The notes beneath the pieces were generated by a model. It had not been told where the DNA came from. It was given only the letters and a program-made list of their open reading frames with translations, and searched no databases. DNA of 59,588 bases, filler included. It is 6 parts of 6 records of this genome, joined end to end, with 100 filler letters (N's around TTAATTAATTAA, not from the genome) between each part and the next. Parts side by side here need not be neighbours in the genome. Positions count along the whole stretch, not along the records: positions 23,305 to 38,261 come from SRR2962707_3554; positions 38,362 to 48,432 come from SRR2962707_3555; 4 more parts are not named here. One strand, written 5' to 3'. The position numbers and the translations under genes were made by a program. This document shows, one piece after another, positions 30,829-40,586 of the stretch. Within the stretch, counting starts at the first letter, position 1. Every line of letters starts with the position of its first letter.

Positions 30829-30874
30829 TGTAAGTGAATGCTTACAAATATATGCGTAAGCATTTACTTACAAA
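30829..30874 (-). promoter_or_regulatory. Tandem palindromic operator overlapping the arsR promoter
   Basis: GTAAG-N6-CTTAC twice (30830-30845, 30856-30871), flanking a -7 box TATATTTG (30845-30852); TTTG at 30871-30874. Confidence 0.75.
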
Positions 30875-30893
30875 ATGAATTTGAGATTATTTT

Positions 30894-31802
30894 TTAATAA
30901 ACCATTCCTTGTTCGGCAATCCGAAAACCCTGCTGGATCACTTTCATTTTAGTGGGATTATCGAATAATAGTGGATTTGAGTGGTTGAAATGAATGAAAT
31001 GTACCCTTGCTTTTGTCTGCCTGGTTTCGTTTTTCAGTCGTTCCATTGTTTCTGTCACGAATGGATGTGGAACTTCACTCATGGCTCGATTAGGTAATTC
31101 ACCATCATCGTAAAAGGTAGCGTCCAGAAATGCAAAATCAACACTATCGATGACTTCCACCAGATCCTGATCCCATTTTGACCATTTGTCAATGTCGGGA
31201 ATAAAGAGGTAATCTTTTTTGGAAGTAGTGATCCTGAAACCTGCTGTTTCGGAATATTCATCTCTGTGAGGAACCTGAAAAGGAGTTACTGAAATATCGC
31301 TTGAGAGAAAAAGTTTTGCTCCATTTTCAATGGGTTGCAACATTATATTATTGAGAGACACCAACTGACTCCAGGGGCCGTTTTCGGTTAGGTAATCTTC
31401 CATCCGGGGAAGTGCATAAACAGTGGTTCCATTGGCTCCCAGGGCTTCTTTCCCCAGGAACATCAGTCCGGTATAGTGACCCATATGAGCGTGGGTAAGG
31501 AATATCCCATCCGGTAAGTAATTGTATGCTCCATTCGTAAGTTCTTTGAAATATTGCAACTGTTTATCCATGTCCGGGGTTGCTTCAAACAGCCACCACT
31601 TTCCACTTCTAGGGTCCACCAGAGCTAACGAAACCACATACCTGGATAGGGTAGGGTTGTTGTGTGCCCTTTGGCAAGCATCCTCCTGGCAACCGATGTG
31701 TGGAAATCCTCCATCCTGAGCGGTACCTAATACAATCACATGCTGAGAAAAGCTAAGAAATGAAAGAAGGAATAGAACAGTAGCGAGCAGGGATTTCATC
31801 AT
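30894..31802 (-). CDS. Exported metallo-beta-lactamase-fold protein, PqqB-like
   Basis: Signal peptide; LGTAQDGGFPHIGC, THAHMGH, VPHRDEYSET, DATFY, HFNHSNP. Confidence 0.85.
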   Translation of the reverse strand: MMKSLLATVLFLLSFLSFSQHVIVLGTAQDGGFPHIGCQEDACQRAHNNPTLSRYVVSLALVDPRSGKWWLFEATPDMDKQLQYFKELTNGAYNYLPDGIFLTHAHMGHYTGLMFLGKEALGANGTTVYALPRMEDYLTENGPWSQLVSLNNIMLQPIENGAKLFLSSDISVTPFQVPHRDEYSETAGFRITTSKKDYLFIPDIDKWSKWDQDLVEVIDSVDFAFLDATFYDDGELPNRAMSEVPHPFVTETMERLKNETRQTKARVHFIHFNHSNPLLFDNPTKMKVIQQGFRIAEQGMVY

Positions 31803-31819
31803 TGAAAGATACAAAACAG

Positions 31820-32128
31820 CTATTGAAACACCTCATTGTATGCTTTCAGAAGCATTTCCTTCACCAGATTGGCATCAAGGTGCTCAAGTTCTAATGTGGT
31901 CCAACCTTGTTTGCCCCACTTGTTTGGCACGGCATAAATGTAGGGATTAATTTGGGTGAATACAGATTGATCGACTAATGAAAGTTTCAGATTGGTGGAA
32001 TGATCCCTATTCAGGTAGGTGGCGAAAATCCGCTTTTTGGATACTTTAAATGCAATTCGATCAAAGTGAGGATTTTCCTCAACGTGCTCCAAGTTGAGCA
32101 CCAATTGATGAAAATCCTCAAATGTCAC
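31820..32128 (-). CDS. MmcQ/YjbR-family protein
   Basis: PHFDRIAFKV.KRIFAT, VPNKWGKQGWT. Confidence 0.85.
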   Translation of the reverse strand: MTFEDFHQLVLNLEHVEENPHFDRIAFKVSKKRIFATYLNRDHSTNLKLSLVDQSVFTQINPYIYAVPNKWGKQGWTTLELEHLDANLVKEMLLKAYNEVFQ

Positions 32129-32131
32129 TTA

Positions 32132-33445
32132 TTATCTTCTTTGAAGTGCTACAGTCTCGTTGATCCAGCAACCGACCGTAATATTTTCTCCTTCTTCTTT
32201 TCCTTCATTGAAGATTTCTTCAATGGATGGAAATTGCTCCTTACATGCTTGCATTTGTGAGCTGTTTCCAGCTTTCTCATACATTTTGTAGGCTGCAAGA
32301 AAAACGCCTCTGTCCATAACCTTACTTTTATCCCCCTTACAATCATCATAGCTGGTATAGTAAAGATTACCAATGAGATTATAGGCTTCACTGCTTCCAG
32401 GCTTAGCGCTGAGTGCTTCGTAGGCGAGTGCTCGTGAACGTGTCTTGTTGCCAAGCTTACTATTAGCAATGGCTTGTCCCATTAGTGCATCGTACTTCTC
32501 ATCATTGTTGGAGGCTAAATTTTGTGCTTCACGGAGATAGGTGATGGCTTTTGCAGGATCTCCGTTAGCATTATATCTGTTGCCAAGGGTCACTGCAAGC
32601 TTGAAATTGGGATCATTCTTGAAAACCGTCTCACTTGCTTCCAGCCAATAAGGCTGATCAATACATTTAGCCTCGAGTGAATAACTGAATATCTTCTTAG
32701 CATTACCAATATCTGATGGGTTTTCTCTGAATTTTGGTACCAGTTTGTTCTCAATAAATTCGCAAGTCAGAATGCCATCGATGGATCGCAACCAGGCATC
32801 CGTCTTATCCTGTTCTTTCTTCAACTTGTCTTCGTTTTCACCATTCTTTCGTTTGATGTCGATGATGTCCGAAATTTGGGAATGAATGTCCAACACCTTT
32901 TCAGCTGGCATTTTATCAGGTGAAGTTTGATAATAAAGCTTAGCAAGAAGCATATATGGGTTTAAGTTCACTGTCATGATCTCAGGCCCGTTCATTTCAT
33001 AATCCTTCTCATACAATGCGATAAGCTCACCATACTTACTTGGGGTTTTGTAGTAAAGCTGGAAAGCTTTGTACGTCTTTCTGTCCATGGTATTGGCTTG
33101 GTTATCGAAGTGCTCCAGACGTTGATCATAGAGCCAAAGAATGGAATCTTTAAGTTGAATTTCCCGGTTCTTGTCTTTTACAGTCTTAAGTACATTTTCT
33201 AAGCAATCCTCACCTTCAATATAAATTGAAAGATTTAGGTTGGGATTGTTTTCATAAAGCCAGTTTAGCGGCTTCATAGCTTCTTGATATTTACTTTGTG
33301 CAATAAGAATTTTATAGTACGCTTGTTTCTCGATCGCCTGGGATTTTAGGTTTTCATCTTCTGGCCAGTTCCATCCAGGTTGATCCTGGGCGAAGCAAAG
33401 CATCGAAAACAGCAATCCAAGTGCGTAAATAGTTTTTTTCTTCAT
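32132..33445 (-). CDS. Exported TPR-like protein
   Basis: Signal peptide from ATG 33445 (MKKKTIYALGLLFSMLCFA), helical repeats, C-terminal FPSIEEIF...VGCWINETV. Confidence 0.82.
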   Translation of the reverse strand: MKKKTIYALGLLFSMLCFAQDQPGWNWPEDENLKSQAIEKQAYYKILIAQSKYQEAMKPLNWLYENNPNLNLSIYIEGEDCLENVLKTVKDKNREIQLKDSILWLYDQRLEHFDNQANTMDRKTYKAFQLYYKTPSKYGELIALYEKDYEMNGPEIMTVNLNPYMLLAKLYYQTSPDKMPAEKVLDIHSQISDIIDIKRKNGENEDKLKKEQDKTDAWLRSIDGILTCEFIENKLVPKFRENPSDIGNAKKIFSYSLEAKCIDQPYWLEASETVFKNDPNFKLAVTLGNRYNANGDPAKAITYLREAQNLASNNDEKYDALMGQAIANSKLGNKTRSRALAYEALSAKPGSSEAYNLIGNLYYTSYDDCKGDKSKVMDRGVFLAAYKMYEKAGNSSQMQACKEQFPSIEEIFNEGKEEGENITVGCWINETVALQRR

Positions 33446-33622
33446 GTCCTTTGATTTGGTATTTGCCTTTTGAGTTTTTGAGGCGGAATCCCTTAAGAAT
33501 AGGAATTCACAAATTGTGAATTTGTTTCCGCAAAATGAATAAATATTTATGCTATTACGCATCAACATCACATTAGTTTTGTGTTAATTATTAACGGAAT
33601 CCACCCAATATATTAAATAATC

Positions 33623-34192
33623 ATGTTCAATTTCAAGGAAATCATAAGTGTATCCCTGATTCTCTTCTCAGTCATAGATATTCTGGGCAGTATCCCCATT
33701 ATCATTGATTTGAGAAAGAAATTCGGCCATGTCCAATCAGAGAAGGCCACTCTTGTCTCAGGTATCATCATGGTTATTTTCCTATTCGTAGGTGAAAGCA
33801 TCCTTAAACTTTTCGGAATAGACATCAATTCCTTTGCCATAGCTGGTGCAATCATCATGTTTTTTTTAGGAATGGAGATGGTTTTGGGTTTGCAGTTCTT
33901 TAAAGCCGATACGGAAGAAGCCAAAAGTGCCTCTGTCGTACCTATTGCATTCCCACTTATTGCAGGTGCAGGCACCATGACTACATTGATCTCTTTGAAA
34001 GCAGAATTTTCAACAGCCAATATTTTGGTCGGTGTGTTTGTAAATCTCCTTTTTGTATATGCTGTACTCAAAACATGCGGTTGGCTTGAACGGGTGATTG
34101 GCAAGGCTGGGTTTAATATTCTAAGAAAGGTTTTCGGTATCGTATTACTTGCCATTTCCATTAAAATCTTCAAAAATCACTTATTGGCATGA
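33623..34192 (+). CDS. marC: MarC-family membrane protein
   Basis: LFSVIDILGSIP, LFGID..SFAIAG, VPIAFPLIAGAG, RKVFGIVLLAI. Confidence 0.92.
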   Translation: MFNFKEIISVSLILFSVIDILGSIPIIIDLRKKFGHVQSEKATLVSGIIMVIFLFVGESILKLFGIDINSFAIAGAIIMFFLGMEMVLGLQFFKADTEEAKSASVVPIAFPLIAGAGTMTTLISLKAEFSTANILVGVFVNLLFVYAVLKTCGWLERVIGKAGFNILRKVFGIVLLAISIKIFKNHLLA

Positions 34193-34644
34193 TCATGATG
34201 TTTACAGACGGGGCTGCCAAAGGAAACCCTGGCCCAGGTGGATATGGTACCATTCTAAGGTATGGAAATAAGGAAAAGGAACTTTCTGAAGGATTTCGAA
34301 TGACTACCAATAATCGAATGGAGTTACTTGCTGTCATTGCGGGTCTTGAGGCAATCAAAAAGCCTGGTTGGAAAGTGCGTGTGGTTTCGGATAGTAAATA
34401 TGTTGTGGATGCCGTGACCAAAGGCTGGCTTAAAGGCTGGGTGGTCAAAGACTTTAAAGGAAAGAAAAACCGTGATCTATGGGAACGATACCTTCGGGCC
34501 TCAGCACCTCATGACGTTACTTTTCAATGGGTGAAAGGCCATGCTGGCCACCCGGAAAATGAGCGATGCGATCAGCTTGCCGTAGAAGCAGCCGAAAGTG
34601 CCAACCTAAAAGTTGATCAGGCGTTTGAGGATGGTAGTATATAA
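34189..34644 (+). CDS. rnhA: Ribonuclease HI
   Basis: FTDGAAKGNPGPGG, TTNNRMEL, SDSKYV, KNRDLW, WVKGHAGHPENERCD. Confidence 0.98.
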   Translation: MIMMFTDGAAKGNPGPGGYGTILRYGNKEKELSEGFRMTTNNRMELLAVIAGLEAIKKPGWKVRVVSDSKYVVDAVTKGWLKGWVVKDFKGKKNRDLWERYLRASAPHDVTFQWVKGHAGHPENERCDQLAVEAAESANLKVDQAFEDGSI

Positions 34645-34692
34645 TCCGTTAACTTAGTCTTTAGAAAACAACCAACTATTACTCGATAAATT

Positions 34693-35319
34693 ATGAATAC
34701 AAAAGGGTTCTACTATTTTCTGTTTGCCGCCGCTATTGTTGGATCACTAATGTTCTATTACAAGATTGAGCGGGACAGGAAGTTAGAAAATCCGAGTCTG
34801 ACAGATTTGGCTGTGGAACCTGATGTATTGATGACCACTGCGGATCGAAATTTTCATGATAAAAAAGATCAGACGGCCATAGCCTTCCTGGAAGATGCGA
34901 TCAAGATGATGAAGTTGCTGGAAAGGGATGGAGATAGCGTGAGCACCAATGCCATCGAGTTGGCCATTCATGATCTCCAGATAGTTGAGGAACACATTAA
35001 GGCGGAGGACATAGACGATGATCTGATGTACGAAGCTTTTGCTGACGCAATGAATTCAATGGCTTTTGCTTCCTTGAGGATCTCAGAGAAATTCCTGAAG
35101 GACGGAAGATATGAAGATGCGAAGGTTACCATCGATTATGCTATGGATCACCTTCAGAACTCCATCTACTTTGCACGAGATGAACAAAAGGAAGATGAAA
35201 TTAAGATTGCAGGACACCTGCAAAGAATCATTGAGAATTACACCACAAGCGATATCTCCGAGATCGATATGGTCATGTCTGAAATTGATTCAGTCATAAG
35301 GGCGCATGTGATCAAGTAA
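34693..35319 (+). CDS. Hypothetical membrane-anchored acidic alpha-helical protein
   Basis: 208-aa ORF with one N-terminal TM segment; no family recognised. Confidence 0.75.
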   Translation: MNTKGFYYFLFAAAIVGSLMFYYKIERDRKLENPSLTDLAVEPDVLMTTADRNFHDKKDQTAIAFLEDAIKMMKLLERDGDSVSTNAIELAIHDLQIVEEHIKAEDIDDDLMYEAFADAMNSMAFASLRISEKFLKDGRYEDAKVTIDYAMDHLQNSIYFARDEQKEDEIKIAGHLQRIIENYTTSDISEIDMVMSEIDSVIRAHVIK

Positions 35320-36652
35320 CCTCTGTTTCGCGCTCACTGAATTCAAACCCTATCGAATTCAGCTCTTCTAGCACAGGATCATAAATCTCCTTTTTAATCG
35401 GTACATGAACGCCCGTTAGGCTGATTTTACCTTGAAGGATAAGTTTGGCTGTGATAGCCAGCGGTAATCCTACCGTTTTGGACATGGCAGTATTTACATC
35501 ATCATCTCCCATGGCCACCATGCTGGATTCGATCTGTCGTGGCTTACCATTGTCCAGGAAATTGAATTTATGCCACATCACTATCATGTCTTTGTCTTCT
35601 TTCCGAAGCGTCCATTTCTTTTTTAGGATATGCTCCAGTATCTGTGCGGGAGTTCCTTTATCAAGACCAATAAGTTCTTCATCGAACATGCCAAGCCATT
35701 TCAGTCTAAACATGATCTCCGAATCCAGATCAAGATTCATGTAATGCGCCAATTTCAACTCGACTGAATCATTGGGATTATAGGATAAAAATGAGTTAAT
35801 GAATTGACGATGTGACATTTCTGCGACTCCTTCCATCTCATAAGAATCGTCCGTTGCTCCAAGTTGTACGAAAACATCCCATGAGGCACAGTATCCTGGG
35901 CGTCTCAATGTCCCACGATAAAGTGTTCGAATGCCTCTTAGGTTGTAGACATCCAGGTAAGCCAACGAATCACGGTTGGCATATCCCTCAAAATATCCAT
36001 GACCTGGGATGAAGATCATTTCTGTTCTTCTAAACAGCTTGTGATATGGAATGTATTTGTATCTGCCTTCCTGGATAAACTTGCAAGTGCCTTGACCAGC
36101 TAAAACCACATTTCTAGGATTCCATGTGAACTTGTACTTCCACGGGTTATCACCAACAGATTCCTCTGCCACTAGTCCACCTGTGAATGTCTCAAACCCT
36201 GTCAATTCATATCCCTTTTCTTTCAGCTCATCCAACACTTTCATGGCACTCATGTGATCAATGCCTGGATCCAGTCCTATCTCCATTACAACTGATTTTC
36301 CGGCATCTATAAATTGTTGGTTAAGTGCTTTAATGTCTTTGGTTAGATAGCTGGCTGTCAGAAAATGTCGACCTATTTCGGCACACTTCCTTGCCACATG
36401 AATATGCAGAGATGCCGGAAGCATAGAGATAATGAGGTCATGATCAGTTACGACCTGAGTCAATAAACCATCATTGAATACATCAAAGTCGATCACTGAA
36501 GCGTTTTCATGCCCCTTAATTTTACGCTCAGCCAACTCTACATCTTTCTCTGCAATGGTGATCTTCCACTGTTCGTTTGGGGCATTGTTGAGGAGGTAGT
36601 CAATCAGTGAGGTGCATGATCTACCAGCTCCAATAATCAGGATTTGTTGCAT
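35312..36652 (-). CDS. Saccharopine dehydrogenase-family protein
   Basis: IIGAG, EIGLDPGIDHMSAM, YKFTWNPRNV, YANRDSL.Y, RGTLR, TAMSKTVGLP. Confidence 0.93.
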   Translation of the reverse strand: MQQILIIGAGRSCTSLIDYLLNNAPNEQWKITIAEKDVELAERKIKGHENASVIDFDVFNDGLLTQVVTDHDLIISMLPASLHIHVARKCAEIGRHFLTASYLTKDIKALNQQFIDAGKSVVMEIGLDPGIDHMSAMKVLDELKEKGYELTGFETFTGGLVAEESVGDNPWKYKFTWNPRNVVLAGQGTCKFIQEGRYKYIPYHKLFRRTEMIFIPGHGYFEGYANRDSLAYLDVYNLRGIRTLYRGTLRRPGYCASWDVFVQLGATDDSYEMEGVAEMSHRQFINSFLSYNPNDSVELKLAHYMNLDLDSEIMFRLKWLGMFDEELIGLDKGTPAQILEHILKKKWTLRKEDKDMIVMWHKFNFLDNGKPRQIESSMVAMGDDDVNTAMSKTVGLPLAITAKLILQGKISLTGVHVPIKKEIYDPVLEELNSIGFEFSERETEVT

Positions 36653-36690
36653 GCGGCAAATATGTGTGGATCGGAAATCTTTAGGAAAGA

Positions 36691-37443
36691 CTATTGTGAT
36701 TTTTTATTCACAATTGTGGAACTAGCCTGGTCAGTTGGCAAAATCAGCACGTCACCAATCATAACATGGGCAGGTCTGCTGAGAACGAATTCAATGGTTT
36801 CAGCTACATCTATTGCTGTCAATGGAGTGTAGTTTTCATAGACTGTTTTGGCTTTTTCCACATCTCCCTTGAATCGTACTTCGCTAAATTCAGTTTCAAC
36901 GAGCCCTGGATCAATGGATGTTACTTTAATGCCAAACTCATTCAAATCCATGCGCATGCCTTTCGTAAGCGCATCAACAGCATGTTTGGAAGCACAATAC
37001 ACATTTCCTTTCGGGTATACTTCAAGGCCGGCGATGCTGCTGATATTCACGATGTGGCCTTTTTTTCGATTCGTCATTCCGGGAATGACCTGATTGCTGA
37101 CGTACAACAATCCCTTCACATTGATGTCGAGCATAGCATCCCAATCCTTTGAATTTCCCTCATGGATTGGATCAAGCCCGTGCGCATTGCCAGCATTGTT
37201 GATAAGCACATCAATTTCCTTCCAGGATTCCGGTAGTGAGGCAAAAGCACTTTTAACATCATCCTCGCTTCTTACATCAAACGATAGCAATTGAATATCA
37301 GCCTGTAATTCAGCCTTAAGTTTTTCTAATCGATCCTTTCTCCTGCCACAAATAATCAAGCGATAATTTTTAGCAAGAAGTCTTGCAGTTGCCTCTCCAA
37401 TTCCGCTGGTTGCGCCTGAGATCAGTGCGATTGGCTTGCTCAT
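36691..37443 (-). CDS. SDR oxidoreductase (YdfG-like)
   Basis: SGATSGIG, NNAG, YCASK, PGLVETEFS.VRF.GD. Confidence 0.94.
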   Translation of the reverse strand: MSKPIALISGATSGIGEATARLLAKNYRLIICGRRKDRLEKLKAELQADIQLLSFDVRSEDDVKSAFASLPESWKEIDVLINNAGNAHGLDPIHEGNSKDWDAMLDINVKGLLYVSNQVIPGMTNRKKGHIVNISSIAGLEVYPKGNVYCASKHAVDALTKGMRMDLNEFGIKVTSIDPGLVETEFSEVRFKGDVEKAKTVYENYTPLTAIDVAETIEFVLSRPAHVMIGDVLILPTDQASSTIVNKKSQ

Positions 37444-38261
37444 TGTTTTAGCCTTTTCTTTTGTCTGTTTTTGATTTTGTCGGCAGCTCTGGATTGGGTT
37501 CCCGCACCTTTGGTTTTTCGACCCAGTTTGCGCTCACTCTGAGGTCCACCCTCGAATGTGATGAATATTCCAAAGTTTTGAGTTGTAAGTTTATCCAACC
37601 CCACGCTAAAGTCATTTGGGTCATCCGTAAGCATGTTTCTTAATCCATAAGAGTACCGAATCTCGGGCGAGAATTTGAAGAATGGGTAGAATATATCCAA
37701 GCCAACTCCTACATCGATCGCAAGATTCCAGTTTCGGAGTTCCAATCTTTCACCAACATCCTGCTCGTCACTTTTGCCGGAGGCTTCCAATGATGGATTG
37801 ACTCCAAAAACCATATACATGGCCATATTTCCTCTCCGGGCTGATTTGTACTTTAATAGTAAGGGCAACTCGACCATAGTGGCGTCCTTCAGCTCCCTGG
37901 TGCTGGTGCCATCAGTGAAGCGATAAGTCAAATCATTTTCATAAAATCCTACAGTCGGAATCAGGCGAAAATCAAGGTATTGAGCCACCTTCATATTGAT
38001 GACAAAACCAAGTTTAAATCCCCCCAGATTTCCGGGAACGATAGAATGCACCGTGTCCATTGCTGGTGAGGTGAAAAAATCGGAGTATCTGGTGACATAT
38101 TTAGAAGAATGGATGCCCATCAGGAACCCATAATGAATCCATTGCTCCTCGTAGTTGATGAGGTTGTCTGTAGGATTATTTTGTGCGAATGAATTATGCC
38201 CAAAGCCAATGATCAGCAGCGAGGCAAGAATTATTTTTCTCCCACGTAAATAGAGCTGATG
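37440..38261 (-). CDS. porT: PorT-family outer-membrane beta-barrel (T9SS), 5'-partial
   Basis: Frame open to the contig edge through a signal peptide and NLINYEEQWIHYGFLMG; also ELPLLLKYKS.R..N, G.GLDIFYPFFKFSPEIR; follows a ubiE-like tail. Confidence 0.85.
   Translation of the reverse strand, partial: HQLYLRGRKIILASLLIIGFGHNSFAQNNPTDNLINYEEQWIHYGFLMGIHSSKYVTRYSDFFTSPAMDTVHSIVPGNLGGFKLGFVINMKVAQYLDFRLIPTVGFYENDLTYRFTDGTSTRELKDATMVELPLLLKYKSARRGNMAMYMVFGVNPSLEASGKSDEQDVGERLELRNWNLAIDVGVGLDIFYPFFKFSPEIRYSYGLRNMLTDDPNDFSVGLDKLTTQNFGIFITFEGGPQSERKLGRKTKGAGTQSRAADKIKNRQKKRLKQ
38231..38260 (-). CDS. ubiE: Probable last residues of UbiE/MenG methyltransferase
   Basis: Alternative frame reads ISSIYVGEK*, like the UbiE/MenG C-terminus; only 9 residues visible. 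Confidence 0.5.
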   Translation of the reverse strand: MSSIYVGEK

Positions 38262-38361
38262 NNNNNNNNNNNNNNNNNNNNNNNNNNNNNNNNNNNNNNN
38301 NNNNNTTAATTAATTAANNNNNNNNNNNNNNNNNNNNNNNNNNNNNNNNNNNNNNNNNNNN
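38262..38361. other. Artificial contig linker
   Basis: Same spacer. Confidence 0.99.
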
Positions 38362-38653
38362 GCATAAATACCAAGGAAAATATTATTTCTCATATTCTAC
38401 AGGAAACACACACCGAATTTGTTACGCTATTGGAGATAATCCATACGGACCTTTTACGTATCAAGGTGTAATACTAACGCCAGTGGTAGGATGGACTACA
38501 CATCATGGAATTATTTCCTTCAAGGATAAATGGTATTTATTTCATCATGACAGTGTTCCTTCGGGAGGGAAAACATGGTTAAGAAGCTTAAAAGTTAGCG
38601 AAATGGAGTACAATGCTGATGGTACAATTAAAACGATTGATGGGATAGATTGA
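38362..38653 (+). CDS. GH43 beta-xylosidase/arabinofuranosidase (GH43_1-like), C-terminal fragment, paralogue 1
   Basis: Not in the ORF track. HKYQGKYYFSYSTGNTHRICYAIGDNPYGPFTYQGVILTPVVGWTTHH...WYLFHHDS...LRSLKV.E.EYNADGTI. Confidence 0.9.
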
Positions 38654-38798
38654 GGCTTTATAGAGTGCCTAAAATAGAAAGTAGTAATATAGGGATGTAA
38701 AACGTAATCCCTTAAGAAGATTTAATTCCCCCAAAGCCCATCCTTCAGCTCATTAAAAAGCGCTGAGGGAGTTGATTTCAACCTTTAAATATAAGTGT

Positions 38799-40553
38799 AT
38801 GTTTTTATCAGAAAAAATTAGAAAGCAGTGTTTATGGACGCTCGCTTCTTTTGTATTAATTTTTTTTCAATCATGTCAAGAAAATTCAAAATCAAGTAAA
38901 AAAGATATAGAGACACCTCAGTTTAAAAAATCTACTGCTTATTTTGATGATTTTAAGTATTCAGGAAATGACGATTTCTATAATGAAAATCCGCTTCCAG
39001 ATAGTTCTTATTTTTACAATCCAATTTTACCAGGTTGGTATTCAGATCCAAGTATATGTTCTAATGGAGAAGATTATTTTTTGGTAACAAGTACTTTTTC
39101 ATATTATCCTGGAGTACCCATTTTTCATAGTAAAGATTTGATGAATTGGAAACAAATTGGTCATGTTTTAGATCGTCCAGAACAATTACCCTTGGAAGGA
39201 CAGCAAATTACAGAAGGGATTTTTGCACCCGCAATAAGCTACAATCCAAGGAATGAAACATATTACATGATAACTACCAACATAAAAAAAGGTAATTTTT
39301 TTGTTAAAACAAAAGATCCTTTTGCAGGTTGGTCCGATCCCATATGGTTACCCGAAGTTAAGGGGATAGATCCTTCTTTCTTTTTTGATGACGATGGAAA
39401 AGCATACATAGTTAATAATGACGAGCCAGATGGAGGGAGTCAATACGAGGGGCATCGTGCAATACGCATACAGGAGTTTGATGTAGCCTCTGATAAAGTT
39501 ATTGGTTCGCGTAAAATGATTATTAATGGAGGGGTTGATTTGTCAGAAAAACCCATTTGGATTGAAGGGCCTCATGTATACAAAATTAAAGGAAGTTATT
39601 ATTTAATGTGTGCTGAAGGAGGAACTTCAATAAATCATCGGGAAGTAATTTTTAAATCAGAATCAGTATTAGGACCATACAAACCATGGAATAAAAATCC
39701 GATTCTAACGCAAAAACATTTAGATTCCAATCGTCCTCTTCCCATTACATGTGCTGGACATGCCGACTTGATACAAAAGCAAGATAATAGTTGGTGGGCT
39801 GTATTTTTAGCATGCCGACCTATAAAGAACGATTTTGAAAATTTAGGGAGAGAAACATTTTTAATGCCTGTAAGATGGGATGAAAGTGGTTTCCCATACA
39901 TTACAAAAAACAAGGAATTAATTCCAAGAATTGTAACAATGCCTGGTAGTAAACCTACAGGGAAATTGACTTATGGAAATTTTAACAGGGTACAAGATTT
40001 TAATGATACTAAGCTTCCAATAGAGTGGCATACCATTCGTGGCGCTGGAGATAAACTATATTCTTTAAAGGATATTCCTGGCTATTTAGCACTTTCTTGT
40101 GCCAATGTAAATACGGTAGAATTAAAGACTCCAGCTTTTATCTCTCGCCGATTGCAACATCATAAATTTAAAGCAGAAACTACCTTATATTTTGAACCTT
40201 CTGGATTGGAAGAGGCTGCGGGAATACTCCTTATGAAAGATGAAACCCATCAATATGGTCTAACAGTTACCGGTAACAAAGAACAAGTGAGGATGCTTGT
40301 TGAAAAAATTACAAAGGATGGGCGCGTGGTTTTAGCTGAAGATATATTAAAACCAACAACAAACAAATACCGTTTGAGGATACTTTCAGATGGTTTAAAT
40401 TTTGACTTTCAATATGCAACGGAAGATGCCAAATGGAAATCGCTTAAAAATAATGTAGCAGCTCGTTATTTGTCAACAGCTAATTCTTATGGATTTACAG
40501 GAACCAATATTGGCGTCTATGCTACAAAAAAGCGAGTTCCCCTTGCAAATTAA
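38799..40553 (+). CDS. GH43 glycoside hydrolase lipoprotein with C-terminal beta-sandwich
   Basis: Lipobox FFQSC; NPILPGWYSDPS, IFAP, GIDPS, WIEGPH, AEGGT, GHADL, LGRETF. Confidence 0.94.
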   Translation: MFLSEKIRKQCLWTLASFVLIFFQSCQENSKSSKKDIETPQFKKSTAYFDDFKYSGNDDFYNENPLPDSSYFYNPILPGWYSDPSICSNGEDYFLVTSTFSYYPGVPIFHSKDLMNWKQIGHVLDRPEQLPLEGQQITEGIFAPAISYNPRNETYYMITTNIKKGNFFVKTKDPFAGWSDPIWLPEVKGIDPSFFFDDDGKAYIVNNDEPDGGSQYEGHRAIRIQEFDVASDKVIGSRKMIINGGVDLSEKPIWIEGPHVYKIKGSYYLMCAEGGTSINHREVIFKSESVLGPYKPWNKNPILTQKHLDSNRPLPITCAGHADLIQKQDNSWWAVFLACRPIKNDFENLGRETFLMPVRWDESGFPYITKNKELIPRIVTMPGSKPTGKLTYGNFNRVQDFNDTKLPIEWHTIRGAGDKLYSLKDIPGYLALSCANVNTVELKTPAFISRRLQHHKFKAETTLYFEPSGLEEAAGILLMKDETHQYGLTVTGNKEQVRMLVEKITKDGRVVLAEDILKPTTNKYRLRILSDGLNFDFQYATEDAKWKSLKNNVAARYLSTANSYGFTGTNIGVYATKKRVPLAN

Positions 40554-40586
40554 CTAACGCACAATTTTAATTTTAAACTACAATTC

